Notes: a model not told the origin generated them from the sequence alone. 64,000 nucleotides of DNA from Bacteroidales bacterium (GCA_045639025.1 JAZUCH010000005.1:2806-66805); one strand, 5' to 3'. Shown: positions 1-8,699, numbered from the stretch's first letter. Numbers and translations: made by a program.

Positions 1-1181
1 TCAAGCACTTCGTAATATTGAGGGTTCTGGCGTCCGATGCGTATCTCGCGTTTGTAGGCTTTCTCGCCGCTCTCGTCCACGACGTAAATCCATCTACCGC
101 CTGTCTTCTGGAAGAACGAGCCTCTTGGTATTATCGCTGCTTCGGTAGGCTGTCCAAGCTGCAAATTTAAGTAATAAGTCTGACCTCTGCGTATGTTTTC
201 AGGCAACTCATCACTGAAACGGAAGTCGGCTTTGAACTGTCCGTTTCGCACTTCCGGATACACCTTCCTCAAACTCATCTCGAACTTATTATCCTGACGT
301 TCAAACGATGCTGTCAAGCCTGTCGTCACTCTGTCGATATAATGTTCGTCTATCTGAGCTTGCACCTTATAAGCAGACAAGTCGTTAATCTGTCCGATGT
401 TCATCCCTTGTAATAGCGACTGTCCGAGTACAGCGTCCAACATTCCGACTTCTCCGTCGATAGGAGCCTTGACTTTGAGGTTATCGACACGTTCACGGAT
501 GAGTTTCATATTCAGCTCCATCGACTTCAGGCTCTCTTCCATCTGCTGCACCTGAGAGCTACGATACAAAGAATCTTGCACCTGACGTTCCAGGATAAGA
601 GTACGTTTATTCACAGCGAGCTGATAATTCTCCTCCGACTGAAGATATTCTTCCTTAGCGATGAGGTCGTTTTCATAAAGCTCCTTGTTTTGTTCGTATG
701 TTCTTCTCAGACGGCTAACCTCCAAGTCGAGCTGCAGTTTCTCCTGACGTAATGAGAGACGCTCCTGTTCCATAGAGATGAGCGTGTTACGCAAGATATT
801 CTGTTTCTCGGCGAGGTCAGCTTCCGACTGCAATATCTGCATCGAGAGAGAGTTGTTCGACATCTCCAAGATTACGTCGCCGCGTTTCACCTTGCTGCCT
901 TCTTCATGGACAATACGCTCTACCACTCCCGACTCCAAGGGCGTGAGCTGCACCGTGGTGATAGGCTGCACCGTTCCCGTAAGGCGCACATAGTCATTAA
1001 ACTCTCCTCGCTCCACGGCAGCCACCGTCATAGTAGCCGCATTGACTCTCAGCGTACTCTTGTTATCACGCACAGCAAGCCACACAATAAACACCACCAA
1101 TGCCGCAGCACCGAAATACGGCACGTTCTTCTTCTGAAACAATGCCTTCAATCCTTTTTTCTTTTCTAATTTGATGTCCAT
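1..1181 (-). CDS. HlyD-family efflux periplasmic adaptor (membrane fusion protein); the C-terminal end runs off the window
   Basis: Absent from the ORF track because it is open at the window edge. Hand translation from the ATG at 1181..1179 gives MDIKLEKKKGLKALFQKKNVPYFGAAALVVFIVWLAVRDNKSTLRVNAATMTVAAVERGEFNDYVRLTGTVQPITTVQLTPLESGVVERIVHEEGSKVKRGDVILEMSNN... It has an N-terminal TM anchor, a lipoyl/barrel-sandwich-like segment and a long coiled coil, and lies directly downstream of a TolC gene. Confidence 0.8.
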   Translation of the reverse strand, partial: MDIKLEKKKGLKALFQKKNVPYFGAAALVVFIVWLAVRDNKSTLRVNAATMTVAAVERGEFNDYVRLTGTVQPITTVQLTPLESGVVERIVHEEGSKVKRGDVILEMSNNSLSMQILQSEADLAEKQNILRNTLISMEQERLSLRQEKLQLDLEVSRLRRTYEQNKELYENDLIAKEEYLQSEENYQLAVNKRTLILERQVQDSLYRSSQVQQMEESLKSMELNMKLIRERVDNLKVKAPIDGEVGMLDAVLGQSLLQGMNIGQINDLSAYKVQAQIDEHYIDRVTTGLTASFERQDNKFEMSLRKVYPEVRNGQFKADFRFSDELPENIRRGQTYYLNLQLGQPTEAAIIPRGSFFQKTGGRWIYVVDESGEKAYKREIRIGRQNPQYYEVL

Positions 1182-1194
1182 ACTTTTTTTATTT

Positions 1195-1372
1195 AGTCAA
1201 CAGACTACGGTCAACAGACAACAGTCTTTGTCCACATAGTCTTTAAATCAGTAATTTATTTTTATCAATATTTTTTGTCAACTGTCTACAGTCTACCGTC
1301 AACAGTCTTGTCCACTATCTTTATTATTTACTCATGGTCTGTTGTCCGTTGTCTGTTGTCCGTTGACCAGGT
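1195..1372. repeat. Imperfect heptamer stutter arrays of the GTCYGTT / GACAACAGAC family, in both orientations, filling the TolC-HlyD spacer and the TolC 3' end
   Basis: The sequence shows gtcaacagactacggtcaacagacaacagtc ... gtcaactgtctacagtctaccgtcaacagtc ... ggtctgttgtccgttgtctgttgtccgttgacc. The same motif recurs at 2757-2803, 3221-3236 (reverse orientation) and 48121-48146. Confidence 0.85.
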
Positions 1373-2825
1373 CACCTCCATTATAATATTCCACCATTTT
1401 ATATTCTATAATGTATTGCAACTTCGAGCGCAGGCAGTCTGATTTAGCTTGTAATAATGTCGTTGAAGCTGTCTGTAAATCTATTGCGGTGACGAGTCCT
1501 TTCTCGAACTTGGCAGCGATGCCGTCGTATGCGAGTTGTGCTGCCTCCACTTTCTTCTGTCCGAGAAGATATTGTTTTGCAAAGCCTTTCATCTGCTGAT
1601 ATGAAGTCGTCACTTCGCTTTCCACGGCATTACGTACCGCAATCTCGTCGAGCTCGGCATTACGCCATGCGTTACGAGCCTTATGCGTTGATGTCTTTAT
1701 GCTTAATCCTGAAAATATTGGGATGGAAAGTCCAACTTGAATATATGAACCGACGTTGTTTCTCAGCTGGTTCAGGAAAGCGTCATAAGCCGCCTGATTT
1801 TCCATATTGACGAAATAGCTGGTGTTATAACCGCCATAGAGATATAATGATGGGAAATAATTTCCTTTCATTCTTTTATATAAAATCTTGGCGTATTCTG
1901 TATTCAATTTTGAAGAAATGATTTTATCGTTGTTATCAAGAGCATGATTCACTACATCTTCCATAGGTGTCAGCATTGTAACAAATTCGATGTCGATATT
2001 TTCGTCTATATTCAATTCTTGATCTTGAGGAAAATTCATAATCTCACGAAGACGAATCTCGGCGAGTGCGAGATTATTCTGCTGTTCGGTGAGAAGATAA
2101 TCGTAATTGGCTTCCTGCGACTCCATTTCTGCCACGTCGGCTGCGCTCTTACGACCAATCTCGTAAAGTTTCTTCGCTTCCTTGAGCATCTGACGTGAAT
2201 CTTCAAGTTGCTGCTGAGCTATTTTCACAGTACCTATATAATATAATACGTCGATGTAAGCCTGCATCGTCTGCATAGCAATTTCATCGCGAGAGATTTG
2301 CAGCTCGTGAGTGCCACGTTCGCGAGCGACCTTGGCAGCGCGCACCGTGTTGACGCCTTGCAATCCTGCGAACAAAGGCATGGAACCTGATATTCCGTAA
2401 GAATTGCTGAAAGTAGATACGTTGGTATAGCTGTTAGTCTCCGGGTCGATGGAACGTCCGAAGTTAGTTGCACCAGAGACGCTAGCCGAGAACGAAGGAA
2501 AGAGAGATGCCACGGAAGAATTATAATCCTGTTTAGCATCGTTGAGGGAGTTTATTTTCTTTCCAACAGAAGTAGAATGTTCCACGGCGTATGCCATGCA
2601 GTCGTTCATGTTCATCAATGACGACTGCGCAGCAAGACCGAGTGTCAAAAAATTAGACACCAATAAAATGAAAATAGTTCTTATAATACTTTGGCTTTTA
2701 GCTGTTGACTTTTGAGCTAAGGCATTTGGTTGTTGAGTCTTATGACATATTAAACTGAGGACAATATCTGTTGTCCTTTGTCTGTTGTCCGTTGTCCTTA
2801 AAAATTTTCTCATTTCTTTAATCAT
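1332..2825 (-). CDS. TolC-family outer membrane efflux protein
   Basis: 497-aa ORF with signal peptide IIRTIFILLVSNFLTLGLAAQSS and two TolC-like repeat halves (LNDAKQDYNSSVASLFPS..., coiled-coil segments, ...LQTASTTLLQAKSDCLRSKLQYIIEYKMVEYY). An alternative ATG lies at 2813. The first ~20 and last ~10 codons are read from heptamer repeat DNA. Confidence 0.85.
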   Translation of the reverse strand: MIKEMRKFLRTTDNRQRTTDIVLSLICHKTQQPNALAQKSTAKSQSIIRTIFILLVSNFLTLGLAAQSSLMNMNDCMAYAVEHSTSVGKKINSLNDAKQDYNSSVASLFPSFSASVSGATNFGRSIDPETNSYTNVSTFSNSYGISGSMPLFAGLQGVNTVRAAKVARERGTHELQISRDEIAMQTMQAYIDVLYYIGTVKIAQQQLEDSRQMLKEAKKLYEIGRKSAADVAEMESQEANYDYLLTEQQNNLALAEIRLREIMNFPQDQELNIDENIDIEFVTMLTPMEDVVNHALDNNDKIISSKLNTEYAKILYKRMKGNYFPSLYLYGGYNTSYFVNMENQAAYDAFLNQLRNNVGSYIQVGLSIPIFSGLSIKTSTHKARNAWRNAELDEIAVRNAVESEVTTSYQQMKGFAKQYLLGQKKVEAAQLAYDGIAAKFEKGLVTAIDLQTASTTLLQAKSDCLRSKLQYIIEYKMVEYYNGGDLVNGQQTTDNRP

Positions 2826-2943
2826 TTACGTTTTTATAACGTGCCAAAGAAATGCCAAAATCAAGATTCGTTAATTATCAACGGATTAGAATTTTATCAT
2901 TAAAATATGGTGTAAAAAAATTAGACAGAGAGTGTAAAAAAAA

Positions 2944-3046
2944 TGGAATTGAGGAATTGATGGACTGAGGGGTTGAGGATTTGAGGATCTGAGGATTTGA
3001 GGATCTGAGGAATTTAGGATTTTAGGATTTTAGGTGTTGTAGGGAC
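2944..3046. repeat. Imperfect octamer stutter array (GAGGATYT / TAGGATTT)
   Basis: gaattgaggaattgatggactgaggggttgaggatttgaggatctgaggatttgaggatctgaggaatttaggattttaggattttagg. Confidence 0.85.
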
Positions 3047-3179
3047 ATGATTTATCGCGTCCTAAATTAGGTGTTGAGCCCTGAAAGGGCGAGACAAATA
3101 TAGGATAAGGCTACGCCTTATTAGTTAGGAGTTGGGAGTTATTTGTTTGACTCGCGACTTGGAATTAGTAGCTCCCAAT

Positions 3180-3321
3180 GCGTTAGGGATTGGAGCGGCA
3201 TCCTTTGCGAGCTTTTTCGGACAACAGACAACGGAAATTTTTGAGTGAGGTGAAATTTAAGCGAGCAAAGATATAGCGGAAAGCCCGACGGCGGAGCGAA
3301 GCGGAGCCGGAACGCCCAAAG
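3180..3321 (+). repeat. Dispersed structured repeat, copy A: conserved arms around a variable core
   Basis: The 33-nt block gcgttagggattggagcggcatcctttgcgagc (3180-3212) and the 29-nt block gcgagcaaagatatagcggaaagcccgac (3261-3289) are identical to 49209-49241 and 49333-49361. A related tail, gaagcgga(gccg)gaacgcccaaa, follows. The cores between the arms differ in sequence and length. Confidence 0.8.
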
Positions 3322-3336
3322 GCATCATCCAAGAAA

Positions 3337-3375
3337 TAAAAAAAAGATTGGAATCTCTCTCGAAATCCCAATCTT
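3337..3375 (-). terminator. Rho-independent terminator for the 802-aa lipoprotein gene
   Basis: On the minus strand, the stem agattgggat / attccaatct is followed by a T8 run. Confidence 0.7.
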
Positions 3376-3402
3376 TATTGAGTTATAAAATTTATAGAGT
3401 TC

Positions 3403-5811
3403 TTATTCTGTTACAGGTCGGATTGAGCGTCCGAATGCTCTGTACAACCAGTTAAGTTCGTAATAATCTATACCGAAGTGGAATCCGTATGCGAAGTTGA
3501 CATAGTCGCCGCACATCTTGTAGCTAAAGTACATGCCGTACTCGCCTACCATTTTTATTTCATTGGCGATGAAGCAGCCGGCTGCTGGCACGAAGATATG
3601 ATTGCCGTTAGGACCTGTGATTTTATATCCGTTCATGCCATCTATTGTTGTCCATTCCCAGGTACATTCTGCCACTATTTCTTCAATTTCTTCTCTTGAA
3701 GGGAGACGCCATGTAGAGCCCCATATAGCGCGTGCAGCGTCATATTGAGGGTTGCCGCCGATGTCTTCCATATATACGCCGTGTGTGAGGCTGTTTTCTT
3801 CAGTATATTCGTCTTTAGTTGTTATCTCGCCCCATGCGAAGTAGTCGCCGCATTCTGTTGGAGAAGTAGCACCAATGTTATAAGGAGCCCATCTTACGCT
3901 AAGACCCAAGTCAACATATTCAATGCCAGCGATAGTTCCGTCGTCGGTTGTCTTGAATGTGGTGACGTCGCCGTATGCTGTGCCGGCGCTGTTTGTTGCG
4001 TAAGCTCTTACATAGAATCTTGTGTTTTCATATAATCCTGTTATCTCGCTGGTGAAGACGCCAGTGCCTTCGCCTTCTGTTGTGAAGCCGAGGTTGTCTT
4101 CGAGAGATGGCTCGAGATGAGTTGCCCAGCAGAGGCCTCTTGCTGTGACAGGAGCGCCGCCGTCTTTGGTAATATTACCACCGCCTTGTGCTGTGGTGAT
4201 TCCAACATTTGACACTGTTGATGTCACTACTGTTGGCAAGTCGCATGTAGTGGTGAAACTATATTCTTCTCCGTAAGCAGTACCGACGCTGTTTGTTGCG
4301 TAAGCTCTTACATAGTATGTTGTGTTTACAGTCAAGTCGTTGATAATGCTGATATATTCGCCTTCGCCAATACCGTCTGTTGTGAATGCGTCGTTTGTTG
4401 TTGGATTTGCAGAAGTGCTCCAGCATATACCTTTAGCAGTAACGTCATCGCCGCCGTCGAATGTCACGTTGCCGCCTGACTTAGCAGATGTTGTTGTGAT
4501 ATCTGTAGGTTCCACTGTTGTCACCTGTGGAAGTTCAATATGTTTCGCTGTTGTAAAGCTCTTTTGTTCACCGTAAGATGTACCTTGCTCGTTTGTTGCG
4601 TAGGCTCTTACGTAATATGTTGTATTTGCAGCCAAGTCTGTGATATTGCTAACAAATTCACCTGTTCCTGTTCCGTCTGTTGTGTGGCTGCCTTCTGTTG
4701 TTGGCTCTTGCGACATGCTCCAGCAAACGCCTCTAGCTGACACCTCGCCGCCGCCGTCTGATGTCACGTTACCGCCTGTAACAGCAGTTGTCTCTGTGAC
4801 TTCAGTAACAGAGACTGTAACGACTGTAGGTTCAACTACAATATTTTCTTCTAATGTGGTGAAAGATACTTCTTCGCCGTAAGCAGTTCCTTCGCTATTT
4901 GTTGCGTAAGCTCTTACGTAATATGTAGTATTTGCTGTCAATCCTGATAGATTAGATTGATATTCACCAGTTCCAGTTCCGTCTGTTGTATGTTCGCCAT
5001 CGATTGTTGGTTCTTGTGATGTGCTATAACAAACGCCTCTTGCTGTGACTTCAGCGCCGCCATCTGATGTGACATTACCGCCAGCTACTGCTGTTGTTTG
5101 AGAAACGCCAGCTATTTCTAAAGTTGTAACCATTGGTTTAACTACAACGTTGTCCTGCAATGTTGTGAAACTTACCTCTTCGCCGTAAGCAGTACCTTCG
5201 CTGTTTGTTGCGTAAGCTCTTACGTAATAAGTTGTATTTTGTTCCAGACCAGACAATTCTGCTGTAAATTCACCAGTTCCGGCACCATTTTCAGTGTGTT
5301 CGCCATCAATTGTTGGTTCTTGAGATGTGCTCCAGCATACACCTCTTGCTGTGACTTCAGCGCCACCGTCGGCTGTAACATCGCCGCCTGCCATAGCTGA
5401 TGTTGATGTGATGTTTGTAACCAAAGATGTGTTAACTGTAGCAAGTTCAATAATTTCTTCCAATGTCATGAAACTGACTTGTTCGCCGTAAGAAGTGCCT
5501 TCGCTATTTGTTGCGTAAGCTCTTACATAATAAGTTGTATTGCTCAGCAATTCTGTCATGGTGCTTGTAAATGAACCGAGTCCTGCGCCAGCGTTAGAAT
5601 GTCCGTCAGCGATTGTAGGATTTTCGACAGTGCTCCAACAAATACCTCTTGCTGTCACTTCAGCTCTACCATCTTCTACGACTTCACCGCTTCCGACCGC
5701 AGCATTAGCTGATATTTCTGTAACAGGATGAGTTTTCACGACTGGTTCCTTAGGATTACATGACACCAAGAAAAAACCAATCAAAACAAAAAACAAAGAT
5801 AATTTTCTCAT
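3403..5811 (-). CDS. Lipoprotein with six tandem ~100-aa repeats and a C-terminal conserved Bacteroidales domain (YVDLGL..W...NIGA...YFAWGE type)
   Basis: Lipobox signal MRKLSLFFVLIGFFLVSC. There are six repeats of the form ...A(R/K)G(I/V/L)CWS....PT.......G.G.G.F......L..NTTYYVRAYATN..GTAYGEE.SFTT. The tail reads YVDLGLSVRWAPYNIGATSPTECGDYFAWGE...WRLPSREEIEEI, with the WRLP(S/T) motif typical of DUF1566/FISUMP-like domains. Confidence 0.8.
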   Translation of the reverse strand: MRKLSLFFVLIGFFLVSCNPKEPVVKTHPVTEISANAAVGSGEVVEDGRAEVTARGICWSTVENPTIADGHSNAGAGLGSFTSTMTELLSNTTYYVRAYATNSEGTSYGEQVSFMTLEEIIELATVNTSLVTNITSTSAMAGGDVTADGGAEVTARGVCWSTSQEPTIDGEHTENGAGTGEFTAELSGLEQNTTYYVRAYATNSEGTAYGEEVSFTTLQDNVVVKPMVTTLEIAGVSQTTAVAGGNVTSDGGAEVTARGVCYSTSQEPTIDGEHTTDGTGTGEYQSNLSGLTANTTYYVRAYATNSEGTAYGEEVSFTTLEENIVVEPTVVTVSVTEVTETTAVTGGNVTSDGGGEVSARGVCWSMSQEPTTEGSHTTDGTGTGEFVSNITDLAANTTYYVRAYATNEQGTSYGEQKSFTTAKHIELPQVTTVEPTDITTTSAKSGGNVTFDGGDDVTAKGICWSTSANPTTNDAFTTDGIGEGEYISIINDLTVNTTYYVRAYATNSVGTAYGEEYSFTTTCDLPTVVTSTVSNVGITTAQGGGNITKDGGAPVTARGLCWATHLEPSLEDNLGFTTEGEGTGVFTSEITGLYENTRFYVRAYATNSAGTAYGDVTTFKTTDDGTIAGIEYVDLGLSVRWAPYNIGATSPTECGDYFAWGEITTKDEYTEENSLTHGVYMEDIGGNPQYDAARAIWGSTWRLPSREEIEEIVAECTWEWTTIDGMNGYKITGPNGNHIFVPAAGCFIANEIKMVGEYGMYFSYKMCGDYVNFAYGFHFGIDYYELNWLYRAFGRSIRPVTE

Positions 5812-5999
5812 AATGATTTTATTATTTAAATGTATTTCTAATTTATTACAAAGTTCAGAATAATAACAACTTATATATGTTTCATCTATATAATTTCAGA
5901 TGTGCAAATGTAATAATATTTTATTACAAAATAAATTTATTTTTTATAAATTCATTCAAAACTTTTTGACAAATGATTTGTTACTTTTTAAAGAATTAT

Positions 6000-6007
6000 T
6001 ATTTTTG
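6000..6007 (+). promoter_or_regulatory. Bacteroidetes -7 promoter box (TAnnTTTG) for the USP gene
   Basis: TATTTTTG lies 21 bp upstream of the ATG at 6028. Confidence 0.5.
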
Positions 6008-6027
6008 TACAGATAATTTTTGACGAG

Positions 6028-6900
6028 ATGAAAATAATACTATCAACCGACTTCAGCGAAGAAAACAAGGTTCTTCTTCCTTACGCTATCGATTTTTTAA
6101 AGAATTCAGGTGGTGAAATCATCATCTTCCATGCTTATATGGATAATGTTTTTGTTGGAAGCAATTGTTATCCTGGCAATATGGATACCGACAATTACTT
6201 CACTACAGAACTTCTTGTTGAACTTGAAAAAAAGTCGCAACAGACAATGGTCGAGAAGACAGATTATCTCATCAATTTAATCAATGAAGAAGGATTAGAC
6301 AACATAAAAGTACGCCCTGTACTTGTAAGCGGCGATCCTGAAGAAGAGTTGATAGAATTATCCAAAAAAGAAAATCCCGACCTTATATTGATGGGCATCC
6401 GTGGCAAAGGTGGAAAACGTTTCCTTGAAGGAAGTCTCGTCAAAAGCGTCATGACAAAATGCGATGTCCCAATGCTCTTCATACCAGAAGGATACAGCTG
6501 GAGAAAGAGTAACGAAGTTGTCTATGCAACAGATTTCAATGAATTTGACATCGCCACAATTGATAGAATCTTCAATATCTTAAGACCTTACAAACCTCAT
6601 ATTCACGTCATTCATTTTGTGGAAGACGCCGAAAGTCAGAAAGAAGCCATCAAGATGGAAGAACTTGAACAGGCATTTCTCGAGAAAGAATTCGAAGGAG
6701 AAATACATTTCCAACTCGTCAACACCAACAACGCGCCACAGGCTCTTAAGATATTCTGCGAGCGCAACGACATCAGTCTCAGTTCATTCATAGCATACCA
6801 CAAAGGATTCTTCGACTTTATGTTCAAGGAGAAACTCGACAAAGACGACTTCCTGAATCTCAATATCCCGATGCTGACTTTTAAAGACGCAGAGTCTTAA
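6028..6900 (+). CDS. Universal stress protein, tandem USP domains
   Basis: 290 aa with two USP-like halves. The first half reads MKIILSTDFSEENKVLLPYAIDFLKNSGGEIIIFHAY ... PDLILMGIRGKGGKRFLEGSLVKSVMTKCDVPMLFIPEG. The second half has VVYATDFNE...HVIHFV. Confidence 0.8.
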   Translation: MKIILSTDFSEENKVLLPYAIDFLKNSGGEIIIFHAYMDNVFVGSNCYPGNMDTDNYFTTELLVELEKKSQQTMVEKTDYLINLINEEGLDNIKVRPVLVSGDPEEELIELSKKENPDLILMGIRGKGGKRFLEGSLVKSVMTKCDVPMLFIPEGYSWRKSNEVVYATDFNEFDIATIDRIFNILRPYKPHIHVIHFVEDAESQKEAIKMEELEQAFLEKEFEGEIHFQLVNTNNAPQALKIFCERNDISLSSFIAYHKGFFDFMFKEKLDKDDFLNLNIPMLTFKDAES

Positions 6901-6996
6901 AGTCGCAAAGTCGTAGAGTCGCAAAGTCGCAGAGACTCAGAGTCGCAGAGTCTTTGAATCTCTGTGTCTTTGTGTCTCTGTGTCTTTGCGTCTTTT
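6899..6996. repeat. Octamer stutter array with an inverted partner; likely bidirectional terminator hairpin between convergent genes
   Basis: agtcgcaaagtcgtagagtcgcaaagtcgcagagactcagagtcgcagagtctttgaatctctgtgtctttgtgtctctgtgtctttgcgtcttt. The left half (AGTCGCAR units) is roughly complementary to the right half (YGTGTCTY units). Confidence 0.7.
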
Positions 6997-7604
6997 TAAT
7001 GGAAAAATATCGCTCCTATATAGAATCTTGGTCCTGTTGGGAGATATAAGTCGCTTTTATTGAATCCGTTGAGGTAGTCGATTTTAAATGTGAGATGCAA
7101 AGCATCAGTAAGGCAATAATCACAACCTATATAAGGATCTATTGCGATGAATGCCGTTTTGTTTATAACCACTTTAGACTCGGGATTCCAATCGTGGCTG
7201 TCGCCTTCGAAGATGAAGCAATCGGTCAGGGTGCCGCCGCCAACAGTCAATCCTACGTATGGCATGAACTTACCGAATTGCCAATAGAAATCATTTATCA
7301 AACCTGCCCAGAAAGCCTTGACATAACTTCCTTCAACCAACTCTTTCTTAATAGACAATGTTGACACATAACCTTCTGTACCAATGCGATAATGTTCTCC
7401 AAAATGGAATCTTATCGCTCCACCGATACCTTTCGTCACGCCTTTTGCCTTAAAATCAACAGGACTGATATTTTTAGAAACAAATCCGGCATGAAGCATC
7501 ATTCCGCCATCATAACCATTGAAACCCTTTTTACTTTGACTCTGACCCAAACACTGCCCCAGACTTATAAATGCAATAAATACAATAAGTAATATCTTTC
7601 TCAT
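6996..7604 (-). CDS. Small outer membrane beta-barrel protein (OmpW/porin-like), function unknown
   Basis: Signal peptide MRKILLIVFIAFISLGQCLGQ. It is Gly/aromatic-rich with an alternating pattern (GGMMLHAGF, GGAIRFHFGEHYRIGTEGY, YVGLTVGGG) and an aromatic C-terminus, RFYIGAIFFH. Confidence 0.5.
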   Translation of the reverse strand: MRKILLIVFIAFISLGQCLGQSQSKKGFNGYDGGMMLHAGFVSKNISPVDFKAKGVTKGIGGAIRFHFGEHYRIGTEGYVSTLSIKKELVEGSYVKAFWAGLINDFYWQFGKFMPYVGLTVGGGTLTDCFIFEGDSHDWNPESKVVINKTAFIAIDPYIGCDYCLTDALHLTFKIDYLNGFNKSDLYLPTGPRFYIGAIFFH

Positions 7605-7617
7605 TTTATATATTAAT

Positions 7618-7650
7618 TTTATTCCTAATTCCTAACTCCTAATTCCTAAT
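7618..7650. repeat. Heptamer stutter array (TTCCTAA)n
   Basis: ttcctaattcctaactcctaattcctaatt lies between convergent/adjacent gene ends. Confidence 0.8.
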
Positions 7651-8314
7651 TAATTACGTTCCAAACCGCAATCATGTGGAAAACATCACCTAAGATGACG
7701 AAGACATGAAACACCGAATGCATATATTTTGTTTTCTTAAAGCTATAGAAAACAGCACCTATTATATAACTAAGTCCTTCTGCGACAATAAACAAAACCA
7801 CTTTTAAACCAACACTCTCATACAAAGGTTTTATGGCCACAAGAATAGACAGGCCCATCAGCACATAACAAGCAGTTTTGAAGTAACTATGAGGCTTCAT
7901 TTTTCTGAATGTCAGTATCGTTCCTAATATTGCACAAATCCAGATGAAAACAGTGACACCAATAGCCCATCCTATTTCGCCATAATTATACATGGCAATC
8001 AATGTTATAGGAGTATAACTACCTGCAATATGCCAATATATGGCGGCATGGTCAAATTTTCTAAATAAAAGTCTGTGATTCTCTTTTCTTATAGGACAAG
8101 AATGATACACAGAAGAAGCAATATAAGAACTTACGACGCCGAAGAAATAAATACACAAACTGAATATCGACAAAGCGTTTCCCGACTGGATGGACTTTTG
8201 AATAAAAACAGAACAAACTATGATGCTCATTATTGCACCAATGACATGAGAAATAGCATTAGCTTTCTCTTCAGAATGAGAATATCTGTTTATTTCTGGA
8301 ATATCGTTCCCCAT
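7646..8314 (-). CDS. Hemolysin III / PAQR family membrane protein
   Basis: 222 aa with seven predicted TM segments and the N-terminal motif SHSEEKANAISHVIGA. Conserved His residues (YHS, FDHAAIY, HVF) match the HlyIII/YqfA family. Confidence 0.85.
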   Translation of the reverse strand: MGNDIPEINRYSHSEEKANAISHVIGAIMSIIVCSVFIQKSIQSGNALSIFSLCIYFFGVVSSYIASSVYHSCPIRKENHRLLFRKFDHAAIYWHIAGSYTPITLIAMYNYGEIGWAIGVTVFIWICAILGTILTFRKMKPHSYFKTACYVLMGLSILVAIKPLYESVGLKVVLFIVAEGLSYIIGAVFYSFKKTKYMHSVFHVFVILGDVFHMIAVWNVIN

Positions 8315-8339
8315 AGCTTATAGTTTTACATCATAGAAC

Positions 8340-8370
8340 AAAAAAAAGGAAGCGATTTTCTTCACTTCCT
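8340..8370 (-). terminator. Terminator downstream of tRNA-Ser(TGA) copy 1
   Basis: Minus strand: stem aggaagtg / cgcttcct followed by a T run. Confidence 0.6.
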
Positions 8371-8379
8371 TTTCTTCCG

Positions 8380-8464
8380 CGGAGAAAGAGGGATTCGAAC
8401 CCCCGGTACATTGCTGTACAACGGTTTTCAAGACCGCCGCGATCGACCACTCTGCCATTTCTCC
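8380..8464 (-). tRNA. tRNA-Ser (anticodon TGA), copy 1
   Basis: The reverse complement is GGAGAAATGGCAGAGTGGTCGATCGCGGCGGTCTTGAAAACCGTTGTACAGCAATGTACCGGGGGTTCGAATCCCTCTTTCTCCG. It has a 7-bp acceptor stem, anticodon loop CT-TGA-AA, a long variable arm and a GGTTCGAATCC T-loop. Confidence 0.93.
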
Positions 8465-8468
8465 GCTG

Positions 8469-8476
8469 CAAAGATA
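8469..8476 (-). promoter_or_regulatory. -7 promoter box (TATCTTTG) for tRNA-Ser copy 1
   Basis: The plus strand reads caaagata, ending 5 nt upstream of the tRNA 5' end. The identical box is present at copy 2 (44667-44674). Confidence 0.6.
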
Positions 8477-8699
8477 CAACTTTTTTATTCCGCGCAAGCA
8501 TTTTTATAAAAATTTTTAATTTTATTTTAACTTATATAATATCAATTATTTACAAAACAATTTAATTGCATTTTCAAGAACAGAATACAATATTTCACGG
8601 CAAAGTTCATCAAAAAATATCACAAAAAGATTTAAAAAAGCATAAAATTGATGCAAAATTCAGCAATAATTTTCACGAATATCTAGTTGATTTTTTTAT

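Noticed and set aside
778-1169. Plus-strand ORFs 778-993 and 906-1169
   Set aside because: They are antisense to a clearly homologous HlyD-family coding frame, and their translations are low-complexity with no recognisable family.
2944-3046. Possible CRISPR array (here and at the other short tandem arrays)
   Set aside because: The repeat period is only 7-8 bp with no spacers, the arrays are under 110 bp, and there are no cas genes in the window.
3183-3371. 62-aa minus-strand ORF (MGFRERFQSFF...KARKGCRSNP)
   Set aside because: It lies entirely inside the dispersed structured repeat and the terminator hairpin. The equivalent region of copy B has no matching ORF, so the conservation is at nucleotide level.
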